From Candidatus Zambryskibacteria bacterium RIFOXYC1_FULL_39_10 (GTDB taxonomy: Bacteria; Patescibacteriota; Minisyncoccia; Phycocordibacterales; WO2-35-19), in assembly GCA_001824275.1 (NCBI GenBank), contig MHWW01000002.1, positions 13,266 to 77,265 of the forward strand: a stretch of DNA of 64,000 nt, given 5' to 3'. A program made the translations under genes and the position numbers. Below the pieces are notes generated by a model. That model searched no databases, was not told the origin of the DNA, and saw only the letters and a list, made by a program, of their open reading frames with translations. Positions 32,063 to 41,261 of the stretch are shown here, piece after piece. Position 1 is the stretch's first letter, and the number at the start of each line of letters is the position of its first letter.

Positions 32063-32110
32063 ATATACTCCTCTCAAACAACTTCCTGTTTTAGCTTACA
32101 CATTTTAAGC

Positions 32111-32147
32111 AAAACAAAAAGACTTGTTTTACAAGTCTTTTTGTTTT
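32111..32147 (-). terminator. Terminator downstream of rplK
   Basis: AAAACAAAAAGACTTG..CAAGTCTTTTTGTTTT. Confidence 0.65.
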
Positions 32148-32164
32148 TTAATATTTTTTAAAAA

Positions 32165-32263
32165 TTACCCCTTCACTTCTACCCACGCATAATTTTCTGC
32201 TGAAAATTTGCGCGGGCCCACCTCAGCTCGCCAGCTTCCGGTTCGTAGAAGTGCGATTCAACG
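32165..32263 (-). mobile_element. Hairpin insert with duplicated rplK 3' end (second copy VEVKG*)
   Basis: GTAGAAGTG occurs in the coding end (32264-32272), inverted (32245-32253) and again directly (32174-32182, followed by AAG GGG TAA). Confidence 0.6.
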
Positions 32264-32677
32264 CACTTCTACGCCCATGCTCCTACACTGACCGGCGATT
32301 ATTTTGACTGCTGCCTCTAAGTCATTGGCATTTAGGTCAACCATTTTGACTTGAGCGATTTCTTCCAATTGTTTGCGAGTAATGGTGCCAACTTTTTGAC
32401 TTGGGGTTTTACCCGCGCCTTTTTCAATACCGAGCGCCTTTTTGATAAGACTTGATGCTGGGGGGGTCTTCAAGACAAAATCAAAAGTGCGGTCTTCGTA
32501 GACATTGATTTCAGCTGGGACTAGACCTTCCATACCCCTAGTAGCTTCGTTAAATTTTGTGACGAATTCACCAATATTAATACCGGCTGGCCCCAAAGCG
32601 GTTCCAACAGGAGGAGCAGGAGTCGCCTTACCTGCCGCAATCACCAATTTTATTTTTTTTGTTATCTTTTTTGCCAT
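32258..32677 (-). CDS. rplK: 50S ribosomal protein L11
   Basis: [23 protein letters not shown]. Confidence 0.97.
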   Translation of the reverse strand: MAKKITKKIKLVIAAGKATPAPPVGTALGPAGINIGEFVTKFNEATRGMEGLVPAEINVYEDRTFDFVLKTPPASSLIKKALGIEKGAGKTPSQKVGTITRKQLEEIAQVKMVDLNANDLEAAVKIIAGQCRSMGVEVR

Positions 32678-32717
32678 TTTGTGTGGATATACTACTACAG
32701 TTATAATATTCTCGCAA

Positions 32718-32758
32718 CTCCCCTCTCCTGCCTCTAGGAGAGGGGTTGGGGGGTGAGG
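32718..32758. repeat. REP-like palindrome copy
   Basis: CTCCCCTCTCCTGCCTCTAGGAGAGGGGTTGGGGGGTGAGG. Confidence 0.85.
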
Positions 32759-32828
32759 TTAAATTTTCTTGCGCAGATTTTTGAACTTTAAAAAATCTGC
32801 ATCTTAAGATTTATAGTCGCTGCGCTCC
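32759..32828 (-). mobile_element. Hairpin insert with duplicated nusG 3' end (second copy KKI*)
   Basis: The gene ends AAA AAG ATT TAA; 58 nt later AAG AAA ATT TAA; internal stem GCAGATTTTT/AAAAATCTGC. Confidence 0.55.
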
Positions 32829-33374
32829 TTAAATCTTTTTGACCTGCAAGAAATCGAGTTCTACCGGAGTCTCACGGCCAAACATAGGTACGAGCACTTT
32901 CACCTTACCTCTTTCTTCATCTACATTACCCACTTTGCCTTCCAAATCTTTAAACGGCCCGTCAACTATCTTGACTGTGTCATCTAGAGAGAGGTCAATG
33001 TTGTGTTTAACTTTTTCCGAATTCATTCGTTTGAAAAGTTCTTCTACTTCTTTTGGGTCAAGTGGCACAGGGAAAACTCCAGCACCAACGAAACCCGTCA
33101 CGCGAGGAGTATTGCGGACTACATACCACGAATCATCGGTGACAATCATATCTACCAGCACATAACCGGGATATATTTTTTCCTCTTCTTCAGCTCGTTT
33201 GTTGCCTTTTATTTTTATCTTTTTTTCGGTAGGCACTAAGACATTAAAAATCTTGTCTTCCATACCCAAAGACTCGATGCGTTGTTTTAAATTTCGCATC
33301 ACCGCGTTTTCATAACCTGAGTAGGTATGAATAGCGTACCAATTTCGACTTTCTTGTATTTGTTGTTTGCTCAT
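32829..33374 (-). CDS. nusG: Transcription termination/antitermination factor NusG
   Basis: WYAIHTYSGYE, YPGYVLV, VRNTPRVTGFVG, FGRETPVEL. Confidence 0.97.
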   Translation of the reverse strand: MSKQQIQESRNWYAIHTYSGYENAVMRNLKQRIESLGMEDKIFNVLVPTEKKIKIKGNKRAEEEEKIYPGYVLVDMIVTDDSWYVVRNTPRVTGFVGAGVFPVPLDPKEVEELFKRMNSEKVKHNIDLSLDDTVKIVDGPFKDLEGKVGNVDEERGKVKVLVPMFGRETPVELDFLQVKKI

Positions 33375-33377
33375 AGA

Positions 33378-33554
33378 TTAAATAAATAAATTTAAAATTC
33401 TAGAAAAAATAAAATCAAACAACCCCAAAAAGAAAGCGGTCAAAACCGAAATAATAATAACCACCAATGAAAAGACCATTGACTGTCTTTTGGTTGGCCA
33501 GTTTACATGTGACATTTCACCCTTCGTCTCCTTGATATAACTTATTATTGACAT
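33378..33554 (-). CDS. secE: Preprotein translocase subunit SecE
   Basis: Manually translated 58 aa MSIISYIKETKGEMSHVNWPTKRQ + TM; directly upstream of nusG; below the ORF-track cutoff. Confidence 0.92.
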   Translation of the reverse strand: MSIISYIKETKGEMSHVNWPTKRQSMVFSLVVIIISVLTAFFLGLFDFIFSRILNLFI

Positions 33555-33621
33555 AGTATTTTAATTATTATCCTTATTAAAAAACCCCTTGCGGGGTTTT
33601 TCATTATTAAGTTGTGCCCCT

Positions 33622-33649
33622 ATTATACACCTGACAAATTTATTGTCAA
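33622..33649 (-). promoter_or_regulatory. Sigma70-type promoter for secE-nusG
   Basis: TTGACA-16-TATAAT. Confidence 0.6.
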
Positions 33650-33668
33650 ACTCAAATAACTCACCCTG

Positions 33669-33699
33669 CCCTCTCTTACAACAAGAGAGGGGTTGGGGG
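33669..33699. repeat. REP-like palindrome variant
   Basis: CCCTCTCTT-ACAAC-AAGAGAGGG-GTTGGGGG next to the stop of the SIMPL gene. Confidence 0.7.
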
Positions 33700-33701
33700 C
33701 G

Positions 33702-34514
33702 TTATTTTATCTCGTAAGTAATCGTAATTTCGGAAGTGATTTTGCTCTCACCTGTTGGCAATTCTGCTCTAGTGGGAGCTACCGAGGAAACTGCCATATC
33801 TTTGGCACCGCCGCCCATGCCCTCACCATAATACATTGGGTAATTTCCATTCTCGTTGTAATACATCATTTTGCCCAGTTTGACATCAAGTTGTTTTGCG
33901 AGCTCCTTAGCTTTTGTCTTTGCCTCTTTGATAGCGTCTTCTCTGGCCTTTGCCACATACTGTTCCCTATCATCAACGGTGAATTCTACTCCGCTAATAT
34001 TTGAAACTTCAGCCGCACCGACTTTGGTGACCATGTCGCCAACTTTTTCGGTATCTCGCACTTTCACAGTGATGGTTTGATTGACTTCATAACCTATGAG
34101 TACTTGTTTGCCTGATGGACAAGGGTAAGTTATACAAACTACCTGATTCCATTCGTATTTAGGATAAACATTGTAGTTGGTAGTTTTGATATCTTTGTCT
34201 TCCACACCCGCTTCACGCACGACAGAGAGCGCCTTGTTGATTTTTTGGTCAGCTTTTTCCTGAGCTTGTTTGACGGTATCTCCTACTTCAGTCACTGAAA
34301 AACTAAATGATGCGATATCGGGGATAGCATAAGCCTCGCCCTTACCAGTCACCATAATAGTTGATTGTGGATAAATCTCTTTACCAATATTTGGCAAGTT
34401 TTTAAAATCTGTGATCACTTTCATTAACAAAAAGACAGAAAGTAATATAAGCGAAATAGCGGCCCATTTTGATACTCTTTTTACCCCTTCTTCTCCAAAA
34501 AATTGATTAAACAT
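33702..34514 (-). CDS. SIMPL/DUF541 domain protein
   Basis: VTGKGEAYAIPD, DIKTTNYNVYP, AREDAIKEAK.KA..LA. Confidence 0.9.
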   Translation of the reverse strand: MFNQFFGEEGVKRVSKWAAISLILLSVFLLMKVITDFKNLPNIGKEIYPQSTIMVTGKGEAYAIPDIASFSFSVTEVGDTVKQAQEKADQKINKALSVVREAGVEDKDIKTTNYNVYPKYEWNQVVCITYPCPSGKQVLIGYEVNQTITVKVRDTEKVGDMVTKVGAAEVSNISGVEFTVDDREQYVAKAREDAIKEAKTKAKELAKQLDVKLGKMMYYNENGNYPMYYGEGMGGGAKDMAVSSVAPTRAELPTGESKITSEITITYEIK

Positions 34515-34639
34515 GATATGTAATTTAGTTAATAAATATGTGTTAAGTATAATATTTTTATACACATTTAGCAAACTTTTAATAACTATAAATGCTATAA
34601 TTTAAAGGTCAATATTAGCCAAATATTAATAATATTTTT

Positions 34640-35959
34640 ATGAATTTTATGAAAAAAATAACCGTTTTCGCCTTTGTAATTTTAGGATTATTATCGCTTG
34701 CCAATTATACATACGCCCAGACCAGACCAACTGTTCCTCCTTTAGTACCTGATTCCGTGACGGGCTGTACTGGTTATGAAAACGAGTCTCGTTGCCGTCC
34801 CGAATGGGCCGATTCAGCATCAAAATGTCAGGTTGGAACATTGGGTCTCGGAGGAGCAAACACCTGTGTCACCATTGATGAGTCTGTCAGAAGAATTAGC
34901 CCTTATGTAATGGTTTGTTCATCAACATATCAAGTCGCCGGATGTGTACCTCACAAAGTAAACCCTTACGCCGCTGGTAGCCTCGCCAAACAAGCCGAAA
35001 TAATGGGCAGATCACTCGGCTACACCATATCGTGTTCAGTTGAAACATTAGGAATGGCAGGTTATGTTAATCCTATAAATAATTTAACTTATGGATTATT
35101 TACTTCATGTACTATAAATGGCCGAAGTGGTTTTGATGCATACACATTAGTAAATGACCCAGCCAGAGATACTTCGTATACCAATTGGGATGTAATGGCC
35201 ACAGAGCTTAAAAGCATCGCAGCCGCTGAAGCTTGCGGGGGGAATATAAGCAATGTTTATTTCAATACCGATGGCACCTATCGTTGCATTACTCCTACCA
35301 CCCCCACTACTCCAACAACCCCTGTCACACCAACGACTCCCACCATATCGACAATCCCTTCAACTACCATTAATCAAAGTTATTTAAGTTACGCCACAAA
35401 CTTAACCGCTACTTTAACTAAAATAATTGCCAATCTAAAAAGCCAACTTAATTCAATCGGAGGTATCCAAACTACTACTTCAATCCCAGCCAGCCAAACT
35501 ACCACTTCCTACACTTCTTCTATCACCAATGCATTAAACAATATGACCGCCAATCTCAAAAGCCAACTCAACTCAACAGGAACCGGCCAAAACACTACTT
35601 CAGGCATCGTGAGTGTCCAAACAGGAGCGACTACTCCATCCGTAGAATTAACCCTCAGCAATGGTCTCAAAAGTGGCACCTACTCTGTCGGCGAAACCGT
35701 GAACTACCAAGTCAAAATGCAAAATGTTGATTCAGTCAATTCATTTTACAGTGCCATTCCCAAAGACACTTGTGTCGGAGGTTCAGCAAGTGGTGAACAG
35801 AAACCGTGGATAGTCAAAACTGTAGCTCCACTTAGTAACTTCAGCGACCAAGTTGAGCAGTGCCAAGCCGGTTCCACTTATATTATTTCCGTCGTCGGTA
35901 CCAACAAAACTTCTGGTATCATCAACGCTTCCTCAGCTTCAGTATATATAAGAAAATAA
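34640..35959 (+). CDS. Secreted Cys-rich, Thr/Ser-rich surface protein
   Basis: Signal peptide (TYA/Q), PTT repeat linker, duplicated ANLKSQLNS. Confidence 0.75.
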   Translation: MNFMKKITVFAFVILGLLSLANYTYAQTRPTVPPLVPDSVTGCTGYENESRCRPEWADSASKCQVGTLGLGGANTCVTIDESVRRISPYVMVCSSTYQVAGCVPHKVNPYAAGSLAKQAEIMGRSLGYTISCSVETLGMAGYVNPINNLTYGLFTSCTINGRSGFDAYTLVNDPARDTSYTNWDVMATELKSIAAAEACGGNISNVYFNTDGTYRCITPTTPTTPTTPVTPTTPTISTIPSTTINQSYLSYATNLTATLTKIIANLKSQLNSIGGIQTTTSIPASQTTTSYTSSITNALNNMTANLKSQLNSTGTGQNTTSGIVSVQTGATTPSVELTLSNGLKSGTYSVGETVNYQVKMQNVDSVNSFYSAIPKDTCVGGSASGEQKPWIVKTVAPLSNFSDQVEQCQAGSTYIISVVGTNKTSGIINASSASVYIRK

Positions 35960-35960
35960 A

Positions 35961-36776
35961 TTATTTTTCCGAAATTAAATCCAAAAGATTTTGGAAGAGG
36001 CAGGCAACAGTCAACGGACCAATACCACCCGGGACTGGAGTGATGGCACAAACTACTGGCTCTACTTCTGCAAAATTAACATCCCCCACTAATTTTCCTT
36101 CTACTCTATTTATCCCAACATCAATAATTACTTGTTTGAAATTAACAAATTCTTTGTTTATTAAATGAGGCTTTCCAACCGCTGAAATTAAAATGTTGCA
36201 CTCTCTAGTAATCTCTGGAATATTTTTGGTACTAATATCACACCTAAAAACTTCTGCTCCTCTCTTTTCAAGTTCAAAAGAAATTGGTTTACCGGCCAAA
36301 ATGCTCTGTCCGATCACTGCCACTTTTTTACCCCTTAAACCTATTTTATAATAATCAAGCAACAAAATGACCGCTCGGGCTGTGGCTGGGGTAATTATAT
36401 TGTCACTATTTACACTTTTGGTTGTTGAAAGACCATCCGCATCTTTACCCATTGGGATTTTATTCAAAATTGCATTGGTATTTATATTTTTAGGAATTGG
36501 TAATTGAACAATAATACTATCCACACTGTCATCGTTTGCCAATTTATCTACTTCTTTTATCAAGTCTTTTTCAGCTATATTTGTCTCAAACTTTTTGAGC
36601 AATACTTCAACCCCCATCTCCTTTCCAAATTTGATTTTGTTTTTAATATAAACATTTGAATCTTCCCTATCTCCTACCTGCACAATAGCCAAACAAGGCT
36701 TCTTTTCAAGCTTTTTTATTTTCTCTACCAATATTTCCTTTATTTTCTCCCTCACCGGAGCCCCATATAAAATCAT
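35961..36776 (-). CDS. folD: Methylenetetrahydrofolate dehydrogenase/cyclohydrolase
   Basis: IVQLP, KDADG, IDVGINR, GDV, ITPVPGGIGPLT. Confidence 0.95.
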   Translation of the reverse strand: MILYGAPVREKIKEILVEKIKKLEKKPCLAIVQVGDREDSNVYIKNKIKFGKEMGVEVLLKKFETNIAEKDLIKEVDKLANDDSVDSIIVQLPIPKNINTNAILNKIPMGKDADGLSTTKSVNSDNIITPATARAVILLLDYYKIGLRGKKVAVIGQSILAGKPISFELEKRGAEVFRCDISTKNIPEITRECNILISAVGKPHLINKEFVNFKQVIIDVGINRVEGKLVGDVNFAEVEPVVCAITPVPGGIGPLTVACLFQNLLDLISEK

Positions 36777-36875
36777 ATTTAAAATATACCATTCTTTTTT
36801 TCATTAACAAAAATCCCCCAGACCCACCCACAATTGGGAAAGGGTCTAAGGGATTGAGAATCAGAGGGCTAAGAA

Positions 36876-37547
36876 CTATGGCTTACTGACCCGGGGGACG
36901 ACAAGCCGATGATGGTAGCCACCACCCCACACAAAGTCGTGCCAAAACCGGTAAGCATCGATGCTCAATCTAATACTATCGCCCAGGCGCACGTCAGCAA
37001 CAGAGAACTTACCAGCGACCTTGAACAAAAAGAAGGTTCCAAAACCATGCTTACGGAACCAGTCTTTGTGGTCTTCAACAAAGGCAATGACTTGCTCCTG
37101 AGTGAGACAGAGTTCATCCAGCTCATGACCGAAACTACCAAATATGGTTTTGAAATTACCATCTTCCGTCATCTCATAAACTTCGACAGGAGTCTCCGGT
37201 TTCGCTTCTCCCGGTACATCCAGACCCAAGGTTGTGAAGTCTGGGTCAACGCCCAGTAAAAATACATCAGTTGCTTGAGCAATCGTCCACTCGCCACTCG
37301 TGGCACGGATTACGATATTCTTTCCATTGGAGATGAGTCGGAGAATGGGAGGTTTAGTTTGTGCTGGCAGTACCCCAATAAGCTCGCCCTCAATCACTTT
37401 TTGCATTGTGGAGTTGAGAGCATCAGGGTCAAGGTTTCCAGCCTTGGCACGACGGATAAGCTCGGGAATTCTGCTTTCCAACAAAGTTTCCCACTCTTCT
37501 GCCGTTGGCTTCCTTTTCATACCGTCGGGGACAACGTAGGTCGTCAT
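36876..37547 (-). CDS. Hypothetical protein with a C-terminus resembling CLec-fold DGR variable proteins
   Basis: LCLTQ..W...G..TFFLF..V..V......W....HRLVVP; own consensus promoter, SD and terminator. Confidence 0.65.
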   Translation of the reverse strand: MTTYVVPDGMKRKPTAEEWETLLESRIPELIRRAKAGNLDPDALNSTMQKVIEGELIGVLPAQTKPPILRLISNGKNIVIRATSGEWTIAQATDVFLLGVDPDFTTLGLDVPGEAKPETPVEVYEMTEDGNFKTIFGSFGHELDELCLTQEQVIAFVEDHKDWFRKHGFGTFFLFKVAGKFSVADVRLGDSIRLSIDAYRFWHDFVWGGGYHHRLVVPRVSKP

Positions 37548-37613
37548 GACAGTTTCCTTTCTCAATGAGCGCGGGTTTTATATAGGTTTTGAGCCTCCCG
37601 CATTCTGATATAA

Positions 37614-37642
37614 ATTATACACCCATTCCTCATTTCTGTCAA
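37614..37642 (-). promoter_or_regulatory. Consensus sigma70 promoter
   Basis: TTGACA-17-TATAAT. Confidence 0.7.
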
Positions 37643-37684
37643 ATATATTTAAAATATTATCTGAAGTTGTGGTATTATATTTAT

Positions 37685-38257
37685 ATGAACAGGTGGCAGA
37701 AATTTCAAAAATTTGTCTTTATATCTTTTTTGATTTTGATTATTCTCTCGGTAATCTTTTATCAAATTTTTGCCGAACAGATTGACCTCAGCCAAGTACG
37801 TCAGCAACTAAGGGATTTTGGTGTCTGGGCACCAGCAGTATTTATTTTCCTCTACACAGTCGGTACGATTTTTATACCCTCCACTCCTTTCATGGTAGTA
37901 GCTGGTATTTTATTTGGCTTTGGTTACGGCTTGCTTTATAGCGTTATTGGCGGTTTTTTAAGTTCAATATTAGTTTTTATTATAGCGAGAAAACTAGGTA
38001 AAGGCTGGGTAGAAAGTATTTTGAAAAACAAGCATTTAAAATATATAAACAAATACAACAAAAGATTAGAAAACGGAGCGACTTGGGATCTTATTTTTTT
38101 AAGAATGACTCCAATTATGCCATTCAATGTGTTAAATATTTTGATGGGAATATCAAAAATCAAAACCCGAAACTACATTGTGGGCACACTCTTAGGTCTC
38201 GCCCCTAGCAATGTTTTGGCGGTGTACGTCGGAGCTTTCTTAACAAAAATATTTTAG
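37685..38257 (+). CDS. TVP38/TMEM64 (DedA/VTT superfamily) membrane protein
   Basis: IPSTPF..AG.LFG, FIIARKLG, LRMTPIMPFNVLN. Confidence 0.88.
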   Translation: MNRWQKFQKFVFISFLILIILSVIFYQIFAEQIDLSQVRQQLRDFGVWAPAVFIFLYTVGTIFIPSTPFMVVAGILFGFGYGLLYSVIGGFLSSILVFIIARKLGKGWVESILKNKHLKYINKYNKRLENGATWDLIFLRMTPIMPFNVLNILMGISKIKTRNYIVGTLLGLAPSNVLAVYVGAFLTKIF

Positions 38258-38641
38258 TTATTCTTTTTTCGTCTCCTGCCCTATCACTCTTTCAATATCT
38301 TGAACAATAGATTGTAAACTTTCGTCTGATTTTATCACATAGCCGACCGCGCCCATCGTCATCACATCGCTAATTTTCTTAACACTAGAAAGATTGGAAG
38401 AAACGAGTACTGGCACCTTTGGCAAATCTGGTGACTCTTGAAGTCTTTTTAGGAAAGCTGTTCCGTCGAGCTTGGGCATCATAAGATCGAGAATCACTAA
38501 GTCCGGCTTTTCAGATTTCAATTTTTCCAAACCAATTTCCCCATCTTCGGCACTCAGAAGGATATATTTATCAGCTGGCAGAGCCGCCTCCAATGTCTTT
38601 GAGAAAAACTGGTCATCATCTATCACAAGTATTTTTTTCAT
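38258..38641 (-). CDS. Single-domain response regulator
   Basis: ILVIDDD, PDLVILDLMMPKLDG, YVIKS. Confidence 0.92.
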   Translation of the reverse strand: MKKILVIDDDQFFSKTLEAALPADKYILLSAEDGEIGLEKLKSEKPDLVILDLMMPKLDGTAFLKRLQESPDLPKVPVLVSSNLSSVKKISDVMTMGAVGYVIKSDESLQSIVQDIERVIGQETKKE

Positions 38642-38691
38642 ACGATTTAGCGAAATCGTGTCGCACGATACCCTCCTTTGGAGTGCGACCT
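38639..38691 (-). promoter_or_regulatory. 53-nt two-hairpin element ending at the start codon, copy A
   Basis: 48/53 identical to 62657-62709. Confidence 0.75.
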
Positions 38692-38729
38692 TCTTTCTAT
38701 TTTATTTTGTAATACATTAATAATACCAA

Positions 38730-40490
38730 CTACAAAGGTATTGTAAAGAAGAAGCATGATCCTACCCCCTCCTTTGCTACCACTCCCACAGTCCCCCCAT
38801 GCTCCTCAGCAATACCTTTGGCAATAACGAGCCCCAAACCAGTACCTTTGATTTCTTTATCTACTGGGTTCAATTTGGCCTGTTTGAAGGTGTGAAATAG
38901 ATCTTTTATACTATCTTCGGGAATGCCTATACCAGTGTCTGAGACCGCGACGCAGAGTGATGGGCTTTTCACCTTCAAATCAGCAGCTTCTGGGAAAACT
39001 GAAACCTTTGACCTATCGAGGTTAGGCAATGCTTCTTTGGGGTTATAGACAAACGCCGAAACCAAGATGGCACCACCTTTGGATGTAAACTTGAGCGCAT
39101 TTGATAAGAAATTGTTCAAAATTTGTTTGACGGCCTGAGGGTCAAATTCCAAAAGTTCTGGCACATTTTCGCCCGCCCACAAATCAAGCGAGACTCCGCG
39201 CCCATCGGCTGAAATTTTATAAAAGGAGATTCTATTTTCTATCACCTCTTTAATATTGGCCTTTTCTTTATTTACCTCAAACTTACCGGCCTGCAATTTG
39301 GAAAGGTCTAAAATATCATTGACCAATTCAAGCATCGAAGCCGAACTTTGGTGAGCCATATTTAAATATTCTTTGAATTTATCCGAACCTGTGTCCACCG
39401 ATCCCGATACAATGAGTTCAATAATTTTTTTGACTCCATCGAGCGGAGAGCGAAGTTCGTGGACGATCATACCGGTAAATTCTTCCCGCACTCTTTCTAG
39501 TTCAATATCTTTGCTGATGTCATGGAATACCACTACTGCTCCGAGTATTTGATTGCCCCCTTTTGCCAAATGATGCGCCACTGGGTAAACCCCAATTTCA
39601 AAAAAAACTTCGTCAATATTAATCCTCTCTGAAACATACGAAACTTTTTTTGAAACCGATTCCTCCAGTTTCCCGCGAATATCAAATTTGCCACCCAAAA
39701 TATCTATAAAATCAAAAATGCTTACATCTTTACTTACATCGGCTTTTATAATTCTCTTGATTGCCGGGTTGGCGACCACGACTCGGTATTCCGAATCAAC
39801 CATGAGGACGCCGTCACCCATACTTTCAACCATTGCATTTAGTTTGCCCTTCTCTTTTTTGACCACTTCTTGTAGGCGCGTCACCGCTTCCGAAGCCTGC
39901 CCGGTAATCTTGTACAAAATAGTCATATCGGCCTCTTTATATAAACCCGAAGTCACATGAGCCACCGTCAAAACCCCAACCACCTCCCCGTCAATGACGA
40001 GGGGGATGTTGAAGAGCGACCCGATGTTTTGTTTAATTTCATCAATCACAATCGCCCCAGAAAGAACTTCATCAATATTTTCCAAATCATAGGTTTTGTC
40101 GGTCAAGGCTGAGAGCGAGGCCACCATTCTGCTTTTCATTTCCGACAAAAACTCTCGGCTGACAGACTTTTCAATATGTGTATTTACTTTAAGTTTGCCA
40201 GGATTTATCACCACATAACCGACCGCCGTATAATCGATAAATTGTCGGAGTGACCCAGTGATGATTTGCAAAATTTCTTCAACATCGAGTGAGTAGCCTA
40301 CCCGCTCCCCGAGTTCTTTCAAAATAGCGAGCTCGTAGATGCGTCGGGTTGACTCTTCTCTTTCTTTGGTAATTTCTTTTTCTCTTTTTTTGAGAGAAAA
40401 GTAAAAATAAAAAACAAAAGTAATCAAAACCAAAACCACAAGACCAAAAAACATATACAAAGAGGCGCCTCCAAAAAGCGCGATATTCAT
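38730..40490 (-). CDS. Sensor histidine kinase (TM-GAF-PAS-HisKA-HATPase)
   Basis: HELRSPL, NFLSNALKFT, DTGIGI, GTGLGL. Confidence 0.93.
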   Translation of the reverse strand: MNIALFGGASLYMFFGLVVLVLITFVFYFYFSLKKREKEITKEREESTRRIYELAILKELGERVGYSLDVEEILQIITGSLRQFIDYTAVGYVVINPGKLKVNTHIEKSVSREFLSEMKSRMVASLSALTDKTYDLENIDEVLSGAIVIDEIKQNIGSLFNIPLVIDGEVVGVLTVAHVTSGLYKEADMTILYKITGQASEAVTRLQEVVKKEKGKLNAMVESMGDGVLMVDSEYRVVVANPAIKRIIKADVSKDVSIFDFIDILGGKFDIRGKLEESVSKKVSYVSERINIDEVFFEIGVYPVAHHLAKGGNQILGAVVVFHDISKDIELERVREEFTGMIVHELRSPLDGVKKIIELIVSGSVDTGSDKFKEYLNMAHQSSASMLELVNDILDLSKLQAGKFEVNKEKANIKEVIENRISFYKISADGRGVSLDLWAGENVPELLEFDPQAVKQILNNFLSNALKFTSKGGAILVSAFVYNPKEALPNLDRSKVSVFPEAADLKVKSPSLCVAVSDTGIGIPEDSIKDLFHTFKQAKLNPVDKEIKGTGLGLVIAKGIAEEHGGTVGVVAKEGVGSCFFFTIPL

Positions 40491-40886
40491 TTAAGCGTTC
40501 ATTATGCCCCTAAGAAGTTTGTTGGCACCGATGACCATAAATATGTAGCCAGTAGCAGAAAAAACGGTGCTTATGATACTAAACCAAAAACCAACAAACC
40601 ATGGATCAACGACTGTAGATATGGTTCCCAAAACGATAAGAAGCATACCAACTCCAATATAATTAAGGACTGATCCAAACAATCCTCCGCCAAGTTTGCT
40701 TGCTGCTCTGAAGACGAGAAAAGTGGCAATGATGCCAATCACAATAGAAAGCAGGAGCGAGAAGTTGCCGGCAAATACCGAGGCAAACGCAATGCTGTCA
40801 TTTGAAATTTGAGTATCCCATTCTTGAGCCAAGGCGCTGAGCGGTAAAATGATTCCCAAAATACTTATCAAAAAAAACTTTTTCAT
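40491..40886 (-). CDS. Small multi-TM membrane protein
   Basis: Signal-like N-terminus plus three hydrophobic helices; abuts the kinase start. Confidence 0.7.
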   Translation of the reverse strand: MKKFFLISILGIILPLSALAQEWDTQISNDSIAFASVFAGNFSLLLSIVIGIIATFLVFRAASKLGGGLFGSVLNYIGVGMLLIVLGTISTVVDPWFVGFWFSIISTVFSATGYIFMVIGANKLLRGIMNA

Positions 40887-40905
40887 ATTTATTATTAAAA
40901 TTAGA

Positions 40906-41172
40906 CTAACGTTGAATTGATGGATATTTTTTAAATATAGAGTTGACCGCGTTTTTGACGATTTCACCAGAAAGAGCGACATACTCGTCAATCAATTTTT
41001 GGAGCACCACTTGTTCCGGACCTTCAATGCCCAAGACCGCGCCATCGTCTGACACTTTGAGTCCTGGCACATTCCTAGCTTTGAGTATGGCAATTTGAGG
41101 GCCCAAAATAACCACCTGCTTCTTGATAATCTCAGTGAGCATTTGTTTGTAGTCTGAATTGTTTGGTTCCAT
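40906..41172 (-). CDS. Small hypothetical protein, first gene of the kinase operon
   Basis: 88 aa ORF co-oriented and tightly spaced with the kinase genes. Confidence 0.7.
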   Translation of the reverse strand: MEPNNSDYKQMLTEIIKKQVVILGPQIAILKARNVPGLKVSDDGAVLGIEGPEQVVLQKLIDEYVALSGEIVKNAVNSIFKKYPSIQR

Positions 41173-41261
41173 AGTCTAGTTGTTTAATTTAAATAAAATA
41201 CTCCCACTACTTAATATTATACCAAATCAAATATCTCGCACCAGCATTGTGTGGATTGCTA

